From the NCBI GenBank assembly GCA_013265495.1, contig MU057576.1:96982-160981 (forward strand): DNA of 64,000 nucleotides, read 5' to 3'. Made by a program: the position numbers and the translations under genes. Below the pieces are notes generated by a model, which searched no databases, was not told the DNA's origin, and was given only the letters and a program-made list of their open reading frames with translations. Source of the stretch: Vicugna vicugna. Its lineage: Eukaryota. Shown piece by piece: positions 50,817 to 63,371 of the stretch (positions are counted from its first letter, which is position 1; the number at the start of each line of letters is the position of its first letter).

Positions 50817-51065
50817 CCGGGCCCCGAGCGTGCTGCGCGCGGCCGCCGACTGTGCGCGCGCAGGCGGCACCGCCCCTTTCCCGCGCCGCTGGAGGCCACG
50901 CCCCCAGTGGGCGCCTGGCTCCGCCCCTCACGCGGCGGGGAGCTTCCTGGGAGGGCGGAAGGGCGCGGGGGTGGGGGTAGGAGGGTGGGTCTGTCTTTTC
51001 TGCCTCTCGCCGCCTCTGGCGGGTGGTGTCTGTCTTGCCGTTCCCGATGACTATCACGCGCAATT
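50200..51065. promoter_or_regulatory. CpG island / TATA-less POLE4 promoter
   Basis: Very high GC and CpG density over exon 1. Motifs: E2F-type TTTCCCGC at 50877-50884, NRF1-like palindrome TGCGCGCGCA at 50853-50862, Sp/KLF GC boxes GGCCACGCCCC (~50894) and GGCTCCGCCCC (~50917). Confidence 0.88.
50610..50816 (-). CDS. POLE4: POLE4 coding exon 1 (69 codons)
   Basis: ATG at 50816-50814 (CCGG-ATG-G); encodes MAAAAG...RLPLARVKALVKADPDV...ARAA; donor GCG|gtacgt; lies in the CpG island. Confidence 0.97.
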
Positions 51066-51210
51066 CTGTCTAGCTGAGCCCCCTTTTGAGAAACTTGATT
51101 GTAAAAGTAAACACAGTAGTAACAGAAACATATAAAGGAGAAACTTGAACAATTTTATATGCTACTGGAGGAGACGGTAAGTTGGAGCAGTAATAATGTG
51201 GGAGGGAAGA

Positions 51211-51225
51211 GGACGTCACTTCCGC
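51211..51225 (-). promoter_or_regulatory. Overlapping ETS-CRE composite motif GCGGAAGTGACGTCC
   Basis: ETS core CGGAAGTG overlaps CRE-like TGACGTC, about 400 bp upstream of the POLE4 ATG, with both CpGs intact. Confidence 0.55.
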
Positions 51226-51259
51226 AATTCTTCCCTCTTTCTCATGACAAAACCTCATC

Positions 51260-52352
51260 TATACCAGTTAGAGTCCAATTAGGAGAAAGATACCACACAG
51301 GATTTTAATAGGGAAAGTAATTTGAAAAGGAAAGTTTAATATAAAATCAGTAACTATACTGGGAGTAAAGAGGACTATTAAGGGGTAAAGCGAAGTCTGA
51401 AGAATAGAGGACTCTCATGTGTACGCCCAGTGTTACTGAGTCCAAACTTGTTCTGCTCACCACAGGACAGGCCAGTAAATTGGGAGACGAGGTGTTGGGG
51501 CAAGGAACAGCGACTTCATTTGGAAAGCCTGCAGACCAAGAAGGTGGCCAACTAATGTCCTGGAGAACCATCTTCCCCAAGTCAGATTTCAGGGTCCTTT
51601 CAAACTAAAAAGGGGAAGGGGTGTGGTTGGTTGTTGCAAACATCTTGCTGTAGGAATTCTTTGTTCTTGCAGCCGTCCACGTGGGTCGGTCATGGTGACC
51701 CTGTAAAACCTCCAACAAAACAAATGTTATTTTCTATGTTGCAATTTGTTGTCTTTATATAAGTGCAAAAGTGTTAATAGCCTTAAAGGTCAGAGCCTTG
51801 AGAATAGGCTCTTCTGTGATATTTCAGGCTGTATGCAACATTATTGTACAAAAGGTGCAGAGCTAGCAAGACTTAAGCCTAGAAAACAGGGCACAGGGTT
51901 AAAGCCAAAGGAACAGATCTAACATGGAGCAAGATTTGTTATTTTCTATTACACCAGGGCTGGGGTGGAAAACTCACAGATGTAATGAACATGGGAGAGC
52001 ACGCCCTCCGGCCAGAACTGAGATCAAGACCTTGGAGAGGGTGCAGCCATGACTCCCTGAGCAGTGACGTCATCGAAGTGTGTGCTGGCAAGACTCACTG
52101 GCAGTTCACCTTCTGGGATGCTTTGGGACGATGCCTATGAAGAGATGCTTCACACTGCTGGCCAATGTGCACTGCACAAGCTTGTTAAGAAAAAGCATGC
52201 TGGAACCAGGAAATGCCCCCTTTATCCTCCAGTGCCCTCTATTGATAAAGCATAACGTCATAATCATCTGGCCAAGGAGAAGTATTCTGGTACCACCAGC
52301 AAGCAATGAAGGTGGATCTGTAGCTGAGAGGCAATAGGTTGATAATGGCACA
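51260..52352 (-). mobile_element. Ancient LTR78/79-like LTR, split by a younger LTR
   Basis: Terminal motif cagtgccctctattgataaagc...gctgagaggcaataggttgataatggcaca. Confidence 0.65.
51431..51953 (-). mobile_element. ERV1-type solo LTR about 0.6 kb upstream of POLE4
   Basis: TGTTA...TTACA termini; perfect 4-bp TSD ccag; same family as 7470-7965. Confidence 0.9.
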
Positions 52353-52569
52353 CCCATCCGGGTTAAATTGAATCTTATGCCTATTCCACACTGACATCCA
52401 TGCAGCTCTATGTGGACAGAGAAAACAAAAACAAAGTCAACAACAAAAGCCAAAGTGACTAGTCTTTCCAGGCTTGTCATCAGTCTCGTGGGGAAATCAG
52501 GGCAGCCGGCGATCCCACCGCGTTCTACTCACTTGCGTATTCACCCAGAGGATTGACACCTTCTGCTTC

Positions 52570-53170
52570 CTCCTCAAATGTACACCTTCTCCTCAACCCA
52601 CTGGCTCTCTCTGCTGATGACTTTCTATTTCACAGAGAAAATAGAAGCCCTGAGAGTAAGAGCTTCTGCCAACACTCCTCACCGCACCTACACACCTAGC
52701 ATCACCTGCACCCACAGACTCTGCCTTCCCACCAGTGATAGCACTCAAATGTCCGTGCTCCCCTACAAGGCCATCCCTCCACCTCTCTCCATCAGATTCC
52801 CAACGCTTCTTGCCTTCAGTTCCTGTCAGGATATGGCCTTATTTAGGTGGGAAAAAGTAATTAGCTTTATATATTTTTAGAGGAGGTACTGGGGATTGAA
52901 CTCAGGATGTTGTGCATGCTAAGCGTGTGCTCTACCACTTGAGCTACAGCCTACCCCACTACACAGCTTTTCAAAAAATATTTGCTCTTGACCCCACACT
53001 TCCGTTCAACTTCTGCCTCATTTCTTTGCTCTTCTTTATAACAAAAGTCTTTGCCAAACTTATGTATATTCAATGTCTCCATTTGTTTTTTCTTTTCACT
53101 CCCTCTTGCGTTTACTCCAATGAGATATTTATCACTGCCAGTCAGCATTTTCAAGATCACCAATGACCAG
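52570..53170 (+). mobile_element. L2 fragment (interrupted by a SINE)
   Basis: gctgatgactttctatttcacagagaaaatagaagcc...tcaagatcaccaatgacc. Confidence 0.75.
52840..52957 (-). mobile_element. tRNA-Ala-derived SINE (Vic-1 type)
   Basis: gaggtactggggattgaactcagg...gcatgctaagcgtgtgctctaccacttgagctac. Confidence 0.9.
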
Positions 53171-54999
53171 AGCCACCCCTGGTGTGCAGGGACTGGAAAG
53201 ATACTTTTTTCAGGGCTGTTTTTCATCTAAATTATTTGATTCTAAAATATATGGGCCTGTGTAAGGTGTTGAGATTTATCAATGAAGATTTAGGATCATC
53301 AGTATCAAAGAGATATTTACATGTTAGTTCATTGCATCATCGCTGCACTTGAAGATTCTTTATGGAGTCTGAGCACCAACTGTTCCTGGTTCAGGCGCAG
53401 GAAACATCTTTCCATGATCTTTTGGCTAACGTTGTATCTCTCACCGTTAGAAAATGGTAGCAACGCACCAGCCGTAACAATTGCTCACAATGATATAGTT
53501 CTTTGAAACCTGTTTATATTGAAACAGTATGGTTTGGGGTTTGGGTTTTTTATTTGTCTTGCGTGCATGCGTGCCTCTTCATTTCTCTAATAGCATGTAT
53601 GTAATGCTGGCTACGTCATTATTCACATGCTGCATCATTAATCATGGCACCTGTGCATACTGGCTTCCAATCACTCTCCTAAAGCGTGTCTCTGTGCTTC
53701 GTTGATGACCAAAGATGCAAAGCTTACCGAGCCTTATATACAGGAAAATATGAATGGTAATCCATTTTCTGATTATGGTAAATTTTCTGTTTGGAATTTT
53801 ATAGTGTTAACATAGAACAACACATCTTCAAACCACATATTCTCTTAAATTCTTTAGGCTGTAATTGTTGCATTTTTAGAATGTGATCACTTTTAATGTT
53901 GCCTGTAGTCCTGCTTCTAAACACCACCATCAGTAGGGAGAAGAAGCAAGGAGATATGAATGGAGAAAGAAAAACAGTCCCAGTAACATGAGGAATGACC
54001 ATCCCTTATTAGGCATAGCTTAAGATTGACCTACGAAAACACTATCACCGTATCACCTGGAGCAAGAGTGGACATTGGTTGGAAGAGCCTGTTGGCATTG
54101 CAAAGCAACAGTCTTAAAAGCCCTCAGAGGAGACATGCACAGCCACCCCTGGAGAACTTTCTGATGTGTGGTGTGAAGGAGGGTGTGAGGTGACAACCCC
54201 CAGTGGCAAGGGGATATGCGAGGTAAGAGATGCTGGTCACCATCCCACACCTTTGAGTGCTGTAAATCAGAGATGGCACTGTGCTTGGAACACAGATGGG
54301 TGAGAGCGAGATATGGGTCCACACATGCAGCTCAAGACAAGTGTCAGCAGTACATCATTAGTAGCTCAGTGTCCTCTGTCCGATGTGAGACTCACCCTAA
54401 ATTGGTGTGTCAGTGCCATCCTAGTGACCCAGTGTCACACAATCCCACATCAGCCAGCAGGAACAGCCCAGTTGCCAGGCTGCCCTCCAAGAGCCTTCCA
54501 ATGACCCCATTGGCACAAATCTTGGCATTCCTCAAGGCAACGGGTCAACCCTATACGCAGAGTGGAGGAGGTTCAGAGAGTGCCCCAAAAGAGGAGAAAA
54601 TGAGGATTGGGGTTTACACATGTCCCTGTCTAAAGATGGGGACTGCCATTTGTCCCCAGCACTGGGGTCTACCGTGATGAAACGAGCCCTACTAGAAGAG
54701 GGGGTTGGATAACCCCACCTATGTTTTTCCACGTACATTGTTGCCATGCTTCTCTCCAGGGACCCTCTTTTTTGTTCTAGACTTGACCTTATCCACGAGC
54801 ACTTTAAGGCCCAGATAGAAAATTCCTTATTGCCAAGAATTAATTTTTATAGTATTTGGAGAGACCCCATGATTCATTGGGAAGTTTGTTTTTCCAAAGA
54901 TGCAATAGAGTCCCAGAATTTCCCAGCTTGAAAGGATTTGAGGTATTCATAAAATCATAGACATTCAGATCTGGAGGAGTTCTAGGGTCATTCAGACCA

Positions 55000-56640
55000 A
55001 TTCTTTATTTCTGCATTTCCTCTTTCTAAGCCTCCTATATTGGTTTCTGTAACATCCAATGCCCTAGTTTCCCTCCTGTCTTTCTGGCCACTCTTTCTCT
55101 GTCTCCTTTGCAGGATCTACTTTTTCCAGGGCTAACTCTTCATACTCTTTTGCTTACTCTAGATCCCTGGGTGAGCTCATCCCGGCCCATGGCTTTAAAT
55201 ATCATTTATAGGCTAATGATTCCCAAATGTATATTCCCAGCCCCACACTCCCCTCTGAGTGTCAAGCTCATATATCCAACAGTCTGTTTCTTACCACTAG
55301 TGTCTCTCACAGACACCTCAAACTTGACGTACTTAAAAATGGACTCTAGATGTTACCTTTGACATGTATCAATGAGTCCGTCTTCTAGTCTTCTGACCAA
55401 AGGAAATGGCTCCAATGTCCATACAGATGCCAGAGCCTTCTTACCAACCTTCTTTTCCCTCCATCTCACATCCATTAATACATTCTTTCCAGTCTTCCCA
55501 CCTTTTCTCAAATGCCTCTACTTCTCTTCATCTCAAATGCCAACATTTGTATCCAAGCCATCATCGTGTCGCCTCTGGACCATGCTTGTAGTGCCCTAAC
55601 CTGTTCTCCCTATTTCCAGTGTCACCTCAATCTATTCTTTGTGTAGCAACTGGAGGATTCTTTCAAGGTGTGAATTTAAATCTTAAATCGTCCACGGGCT
55701 CCCACTGCAATCAGAATAAAGTCCAAACTTATATAACTGCTTCAGATGGCTCTGTCACCTCTAACCTTGTCTCCTACTTTCCTCCTTGCTCACTGTGTTC
55801 CAGTATTGCTGTCCTTTCAAGGCCTTGAACACACCAAGCTTTCTCTACCCTCAGGGCCTTTACATACCAACACCTCTTCCTGGAACGCTCTTCCACTAAC
55901 TGCTTCTTTAGGTCATGGCTTGTCATGGCTTTTGAACACATCCACAAAGTCTTGGACTTTAACCTATCGAAAGGCGGAATCTAGTTTCCCCTCCCCTTGA
56001 CTTTGGACTGGACTTAGTTAGCAACTTGCCTCTAATGAATAAAATGCTGCAAAAGTTAACTCTGTGTAACTTCTAAGACTAGGTCAAAGAAAGGGGGGGA
56101 GAGGGGGGATACAGTTCCCAACTTGGTTCTCTCTCTCAAGATGCTCACCCTTGGAACCCATCTTCCAGGCAGGCGGACACATGGAGAGGCCACATGCAGG
56201 TGTCTCAGTTGACAGCCCCGTTCAGGTCCCTGGCAACAGCCAGCATCGACCACTAGACATGTAAATGAGAAGGACTTCAGAAGAATGCAGTCCCCACCCT
56301 CCAAGCCGCCCCAGCTGATGCTACGCAGAGCAGAGACACACTGTCCCCATCAAGCCCTGCCTAAATTACAGATTTGTCAGCAAAATAACTGCCACCATTG
56401 TTTTAAGCCACTAAGTTTTGGGGTCAGTTGTTACACAGCAATAGCTGTCTGGAGTACAGCTCACATGCCCCCTTCTCAGCACTGCCCTCCCTGACCGTCC
56501 TACCTTAAGTGTCCACTGGCTCCATCTAGCACTAATAAATGATTAATTATTATTATTAACGTCAATGTCCAGCCTAGTGCCTGGCAAACAGGAGGTGCTC
56601 AATGAATATTTGTGGAATGATGGATTAAGTAAATGAATCA
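55000..56640 (+). mobile_element. L2 3' region, split by MLT1
   Basis: catggctttaaatatcatttataggctaatgattcccaaat...agtgcctggcaaacaggaggtgctcaatgaatatttgtggaatga. Confidence 0.82.
55921..56458 (+). mobile_element. MLT1 (F/G/H-like) LTR
   Basis: ccccttgactttggactggactt...ttgttttaagccactaagttttgggg...gttacacagcaatagc...taca. Confidence 0.85.
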
Positions 56641-57485
56641 TTCTGTCACATTTAAAGTTATCAGTCATTAATAAGATGGAAGTTGTTTAATCATTTGCAG
56701 GATGCTAACATCAAATATTAATTCAGATAGAGGGAAGGGTAGGGACAGAGCATGTTTTTGTGGTGCTGCTGCTTGGGGAGCCTGGGCAGACTTGATGACC
56801 GCCACTCAGAGGCTCGGATAACTAGAAGTCACTGGGGCCTAGGAAGGAGAGAGGGAGCCCCAAAGACACTAGCCCTCATGTCGGCGCAGCGGACAGTCTG
56901 CCTGTTATCTGTTATTGAGGAAGCAAGTGACTCTCTTTGCTATCTGTTATGCCTGCCAGCACATGTCTTTCTCAGACACGGGCAGAGTCCCAGCTTGGGA
57001 CACAGAAGACAGGCAGACTGAGGCAGGAGATGTTTCAGCGAATCATTCTTGCAAGAGATGCTGCAGAGTTGATAATGACAGACATGTCAGATGATTGAAT
57101 TTCAGGCTGGTTCCTGGGGGCTTTGTTCATTGCTTTCCACTCTGACTTGCGGTTTCCTTGGTGACAGGACAGCTGCTGGGCAGATGAAGGCTTTGGGGCT
57201 GCCTGCCTAGCTTGGAAACTAACTGACTCTGACAGCTTTGATTGGAATGAAAAGATTTAGGGTCCCTACAGGCTTTCCTAAATTAAACCCTCCCTCCTGG
57301 AGTGAATTTGTTTATAAATGTTGCACTAGATTAGGGGAGTTTTCCTGTGGCAAGAGAATTCCTTTACCGCAGAGGTTGACTTGTTGGGGCTGCTGGCAGG
57401 GTTTCTGAGGTTGGGCTCCTCAAAGCAGCCCAGCCGGGAAAGGCTACACACTCATCTGCTCCCCAGGCAATGCCTCTCAGGGGTC

Positions 57486-58067
57486 TGTACCGATCAGGCC
57501 TCAATAGGAAAACAGAAACCACATCAGCTGTCTTAACAGAAAGAATTTCATCTAGGCAATAGGTGATGTGGGTATTGGAGGCTGAAAATGCAAAAAAAAG
57601 GAATATCAAAATAAACACAGAGGCAGTAACTACAGAAGGCAGCTCCTTCTCTGGGACTGGAGAACAAAGGAAAGACATTGGGGTTCTAATCATTTAGGGG
57701 TTTGGAAGAGGGGCCCTACAGAGCTGGAACCCAGACCTCCAAGAAGGGGTGACGGACTAGTATCTCTGAGGCTGGTGCTGAGAGTGTTAGAAAACACTGG
57801 AAACTGGAACACATTGCTATTAGAAAGAACTGTCGCTGCCGGGTGAGGGGTCATTGCTAGAGTGATGCTCACAGGGACAAGGAGCAGTGCGGAAGGAGCA
57901 AGTCCCTGCTCCCTCCTCCAGCCTTGTAATCCATCTTGTAGACAGGACCTAATCTGGAGCTAGATGGCAATGCAGAATTGTGATTTTCAGAGTCACAACC
58001 CCGGAATCATGGAGTAGCATATAGAAGAGTGGGTCTGAGCTGAGAGATGTCAGCTTCATAACCAGCA
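57486..58067 (-). mobile_element. Ancient LTR78-like LTR
   Basis: tgtaccgatcagg...aggaaaacagaaaccac...gggtctgagctgagaga...ataaccagca. Confidence 0.6.
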
Positions 58068-59359
58068 TGGAAGTCTGAACAAAATGATCGCAGAGGATGG
58101 CGAGATAGAACACCCAGGCCGCAGACACTCCCACCTGCTCCCTCCTTCACTGGTGGAAATCATTCCTGTTCACTTAGCTCTTAACACAGTACACGGAGCA
58201 TCTTGCATTATCTTATTTAAAGACAGATGATGGTAACATGAGAGAAACTGCCTATGTGCCCTGGGCCAGAGGAGGACGGGAGACTGTCCCGTGTCCGGCT
58301 TCAGCCTGCTTCTCTCCCACTTGAGCCCTGAGCTGCTGCTCTCGGGGCCAGGACAGCCTGGCGCAGCCCGACTCGTGCTTCCCTCATCTAGTGCATTTCC
58401 CAAGATCTGGGCGTTTCCGGCTTGTTCCGGGAGCAGGGGGGAGGGTCACCAAGCAGGACAGTCACCCTGTCTTCCAACCCTGTTTCAGCCAGAATAGCTC
58501 CACAGCGTTTGTTTCTCATATTTGGTTTCCAAGTCAGTTTACATTTGACGAGAAGGCTCTGCAAGGAACTACAGGTGGCAAACCCTTACCCTAGAGGGGG
58601 AAGCTGTCAAACTGTCGCCAGCAAGTGTGCTGACAAGGCTGACTTCTAAAGTCTCCTCCTCTGAGATGTCCTCTGTCCCAACCAACTGAGGCAGATACCA
58701 GTCCCTGTTTGTCCCCTTCAGAGGCCAACCCTCTCCCAAACCTCTTAAGAATGTCCCTTCAAAGGCACGTTGGCAGGTGGTCCACTACGTGCTCAAACTC
58801 TGGGTGAATGGGTTGTGCCTGTTTGTATGTGGGTGTAATTTTGAAGTATTGCTTTTTGTTCATATGTTAGTTGATGTGTTTTTCTGCAAGAAGTCTTTTA
58901 ATCCACCCTAGAGGAAGAGCAGGGAAGGGAAACAGGTGCCTGCATAGGAAGGAAAGAATAGCATTTTTCCTTTCCCAAATGGACCCCAGTCCCACATCTG
59001 CCCCTAAGGTCTGTAAGAGTGTACATGGAGGCAGTTGGCCCACACACCTGCCTTCTCTCCCTACTCCCAACTCCACCCAGCAGTCATTGAACACACACCT
59101 CAACCCATGTGCCTAAGTCCCACTCAAAGCTCACTACAAACAGCCGCCTTTGGCTACCCCTCAGCCCTAGATGAACTGAGCAGCTCACCATGGGCAGGGC
59201 AGATGGGGAAGTGGCTCACGCAGCCCTGGGAGAGGCTGGGGAATTGGGACAGGAAATTTTGAATCCCAGGTACCCAGGTGTGGTCTGAAGGCAGGGACTG
59301 GCCTTGGCTGGCGCAGACTTGGTCCATGGACTTCTTAGCCTGTGGGAAGGGGTCAACCT

Positions 59360-59838
59360 TGTGAATGAAAAATGTTGCCAGCCGTATCAGTAAACAAAGG
59401 ACGCTGTGGCCATCAAGTCGTCAGCTGCTACCGTCACCCCCTTGACAGTGAGTGGAGGGAACTCAGGATGCAGACAAGCACCCTCAGCGGTGCCCCTGGG
59501 GGAGCTCAGGATGTGAAAGAGCAGGATACTGGCCCTAGACAGCCAGGTGCATATCAAAGGAATGATTTCAGTGCGCCCAGACCTTTGCGCCTTCTCAATA
59601 CATAGAAAAGCACAAAGTTCCATAGCTTGAAGTGTCTGGTTTTCTTTCATTAACAGTAATCTTTTGATGTTCCAACTACCTGGTCTTTGCTGCAAAAGCT
59701 CATCTATTTACCGTGCCCCTCTGGAACAGCCTTGTAGAGTGATTGGAGATGCTGTGTCCTGCGCTCAAGTCCTAGTAAAATCCACCAAGTGAAACATACC
59801 TCTCAACTTTTAGGTTGTGCATTTTATTTCAGTCAACA
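59360..59838 (+). mobile_element. ERV1-type solo LTR, family A
   Basis: tgtgaatgaaaaat...cagtcaaca; near-TSD acct/accc; homologous to 21848-22355. Confidence 0.9.
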
Positions 59839-60419
59839 ACCCCTACCAGGGTGGGGGGGTGAGGGAGGCAGGTCCTGAAATCATGGCTCAGGTTGTAGTC
59901 CAATCGGACAAGAGAGGCTGCCTGGGCAAAGCAGATCCCAGAAGGAGGGCAGTCCCATGCAGCCAGCCTCCTTGTGAAGCCCCCCGCCCAGGCTGGTACC
60001 CCTCTGCCAGGACAAGAAGCAAGAGAAGTCAATGTAAGGGGCCAGTGCTCAGCAGCAGCGTCCGGTGGCAGACAGGACAGGGGTAGCCACAGCCATGCAG
60101 GCTGGCCAGGGTGCCGCTTCCTTAGCAGAAGCCTGGGGGCACTCCATTCAGGCCCCCACAGGCCTTCACGGCCCCAGAAATACATGTGAAGGAGGTGGGC
60201 TTCCCAGTGAAGGACTCTGGGCCACACCCTGGCTGACAGTAGGCGTGGGGGGAGGACGGAGTGATGGCTGATTACAAATTAATTCTAGAAAAGCAGAAAT
60301 ATGGTATTTCTTCACCTTGTTACACTTGCCAATTTTAGGTCCCTCCCCAGCTGTGCCCACCACCACCCCTACTGTCATAATGCACAGAGTTCTTGAGTTT
60401 ACTCCCCTCCACTTTAATA

Positions 60420-60750
60420 CCTAATATATATTTAAAAGCTTTTTCTATGGAGAAATTCAGAGAAAAGCAAAGTAGATAGGAGAGTACAATAAACCCAGAT
60501 GTACCCATCACCGAGGGTCAGTGCCCATCAGCTCACACTCCTGTCCTATGCGAGACCCCATCTATGTCTCCCCTCCTGGATTATTTTGAGGCAGTCCCAA
60601 GTATCATTTGGTTTCTTCAATTAATATTTCAGTGCGTATCTTTTTAAATTGATTTTTTTAAAAATATTCACCTCAATGCCTTTACCACACCTTGATAAAA
60701 ATTCCTTAATATCCTCAAGTATCCAATCAGTGTTCTCATTTCCATGTCTC
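60420..60750 (-). mobile_element. Old L1M 3' remnant
   Basis: gagagtacaataaacccagatgtacccatcacc...ggattattttgaggcagtccca. Confidence 0.7.
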
Positions 60751-60849
60751 CGAAATATGACCCGTGGTGCTTTGGGAGGGACTTGGGCAGAAGCACAATC
60801 CAAGACAGGACAACAGTGGACCTGGCTGTGGCTTGGACCAGGTGGGTGC

Positions 60850-61343
60850 TGTGAACAAAACACACTACAAGCCTTATCAGTAAACAGGGATGCTGTGGCC
60901 ATCAAGTCGGCAGCCGCTCCTGCCACCCTGACAGTGAGCTCAGGATGCAGACAAGCAGGCAGCCCGGCCTCGGCTGCCACCCCCAGCGGTGCCCCCTGCG
61001 GGGACTCAGGATGGGACGCGCAGGAGGCTGGCCCTAGACAGCCAGGTGAACATCAAACGAATGCTTTCAATCAGCCCAGAATTTTGCGCCTTCCCATACA
61101 TAGAAAAGCACTAAATTCCTTAGCTTTTCTTTAATTAAAAGTAATCTTTTGATGTTCTGAGTACCTGGTCTCTGCTGTAAATCTCCTATATATCCTGGCT
61201 CCTCCCCGGTGCCATTGGAGCGGTCCCTCGGGGCGATCTGAGAGGCTGTCCTCCCAGGCTCGAAGGGTTCAAGTCCTCAGAAATGTCCACTGAATAAAAC
61301 ATAACTCTCAAGTCTTAGATTGTGCGTTTTATTTCAGTCGCTA
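60850..61343 (+). mobile_element. ERV1-type solo LTR, family A
   Basis: Perfect TSD gtgc; homologous to the other family A copies. Confidence 0.9.
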
Positions 61344-61705
61344 GTGCAAAACGTTTGAATGGGGGGAGAAATGGTGGGAGATGGTCAGGGAGTATGGGAC
61401 CCTGAGTGAGCACTGCGCAGAGGGCACAGAATCCTCTCCCATTCCCTTCCAGCCAGAGGGCAAGGGGAAGGTCAGGTAGGAAGGCACGGTCAGGGAACAG
61501 CCAGGTCCACTTTTCCCCCTTCTCTCCTGGGCACCTACTTGGCACATCCACCCACAGCACTTTGGTCTCCCATCGCAGCCCAGAGGCTCCTAAAGGAAGA
61601 CACCTTCTCTCCTTCACTTGCTCATCCCCAGTGCAAACAAGGGACTTGGCACACAGCGCTGCGTGGTGAATCACTGGCTGGACACTACTACAGCTAGAAG
61701 GCCAC

Positions 61706-62246
61706 TGCTGGGGGCCAGCGCAAGCCACCGCAAAACGTGCCTCAATGGCTATTGATTATTTTGAATTAAAGTTATTTTTTAAATGGCCAATGCAAGAGGG
61801 ACACTCTGACCCTCCCTTCGGTCTCCTTGAAAACAGGAAATAAACTTCTTACGTGAAAGATGCATTTCCTGCATCTGGAGGTAAACGGACACCCTTATCT
61901 CCACAGACAGCAACTTCAGGCCCAGAAGCTATATAAACAAACCTTGTTACTTCCTTAATTTACTACCCTAAGTCCAAACCCTGTTTGGAGAATCTTCACT
62001 AATTGGTCACCCAAAACCCGAGTTTTTTTGTCCTGTCAATTCCTCATGAATGTATTATTTCTTTGTCTAAAAGTATAAAAGCCACCTGCTTTGGCCACAT
62101 CTTGCCCATGATTTCTATGAGACCTCTATGCATATGAATTCAAATTTGTTTATTTTTCTCCTGTTAATCCATCTTGTGTTCATTTTATTGGTAGTCCAGC
62201 CACAGGGACTCAAGAGGGGCACGGGGGCAACTGCCCCTACCCCACA
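61706..62246 (+). mobile_element. MER34/MER39-like ERV1 solo LTR
   Basis: TG...CA termini with perfect TSD ccac; gattattttgaattaaag, gtataaaag TATA, tttttctcctgttaatc. Confidence 0.82.
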
Positions 62247-62324
62247 CCACTCAGCCCCACGGAGGGAGCGGGGCTGCCCAGCCAGGAGCCTGCACATGCT
62301 GGCACCAGACTGCCGGGGTTCTGA

Positions 62325-62480
62325 CCCTACCTCTGCGCTTCCTAAATGAGCAATCTTGGACAAGTTATTGACCCTCTGTGCCTGCATTTCCTCGCTATAA
62401 AATGGAAATTTATATTTCAAAAACTATTTTATTACGTACCTTTGCATTAACGTGTATGAAGCACTTACACAATGCTTGAC
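62325..62480 (+). mobile_element. MIR fragment
   Basis: atcttggacaagttattgaccctctgtgcctgcatttcctcgctataaaatgg. Confidence 0.75.
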
Positions 62481-62516
62481 GACCCTCACACGTGCCATGA
62501 TCGCTATTATGCCAGA

Positions 62517-62970
62517 GGTCGACTGGAAACATGCACAACCTAAAAGGTGAAAATTGTATTTTGTTCATCAGACTTCTGAGGACTCAAGCTTGAGAGGCAG
62601 CCTCTCAGCTCTGCGGGACTGCGCCAAAGACGGAAGAGGGGGGCCAGGGTACACAGGGGGTTTTGGCAACAAAAACCAGGTAGTCAGAACATCAAAAGAT
62701 TAGTGTTAATTACCGAAAACCAGATACATCAAAGTAAGGAATTTAGCGCTTTTCTATTTAAGGGAAGATGCAGGAGTCTGGGCTCATTGAAATCATTCCT
62801 TTGATGTGCACAGTAACTACCAAGGGTCAGTGTCCTGTTCTTTCCCTCCTCCTGAGCCCCCCCACCCCCACCCAGGGCGCACTCTTGGGGGAGGTTATAG
62901 TGGCTGATGGCTTCATGGGTATAATATACTTTGCCTACTGCTATGGCAGGTGACATTCTTAGTCCAAACA
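62517..62970 (-). mobile_element. ERV1-type solo LTR, family A-related (inverted)
   Basis: Reverse complement of family A motifs (gcacaacctaaaag, ctgggctcattgaaatcattcctttgatgtgcac). Confidence 0.85.
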
Positions 62971-63371
62971 GGTAAATCACATTTTTTGTGCAGGTTCCCT
63001 GTAGTTCTCAGCCATCAGCAGAGGTTTGACACCTTCACCTGCTGGCATGAGAGGCTTAGATACCACCCAAGAGGCAGCGGAAGGCAACAGCCCCTCCCTC
63101 CCTCCCGGGTTAACATTCCAAAGATACCTGCAAGGAGGCCCAAGGGCAGCTGTGTGTTGGCCAAGAGAAGGCAGTGCCTCCCACCTGCAGCCAGGCCACC
63201 CCCTTGCCTGCAACTTGCCTACCAGTGCAGCCAGGGCTATACCCAGTGCCGGGACCCGTGAGTGGCTGGCACCACCTGGAGGCCACCTCGGGATCTGCGG
63301 GGATGCCACGTGCACTTGGGACAGTGGTGGGGTACTTTCATTTTATTTTATCCTTTACACATTGATTAAAC

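Noticed and set aside
50491..51135. Long overlapping ORFs (190, 103 and 101 aa) and a GTG-initiated N-terminal extension of POLE4
   Set aside because: Stop-codon scarcity in a GC-rich island gives Arg/Gly/Ala-rich junk translations; the ATG at 50816 matches the known POLE4 start.
4095..52957. Four tRNA-Ala-like sequences as tRNA genes
   Set aside because: They have A-rich tails, TSDs (clear for most copies) and disrupted stems, so they are SINEs.
53170..54700. Possible ancient hAT DNA-transposon remnant interrupting L2
   Set aside because: Suggestive composition only; I could not identify TIRs or transposase motifs.
59360..61343. Two same-orientation LTRs as the ends of one provirus
   Set aside because: Each has its own TSD, there is no PBS/PPT or gag-pol between them, and the spacer contains old L1.
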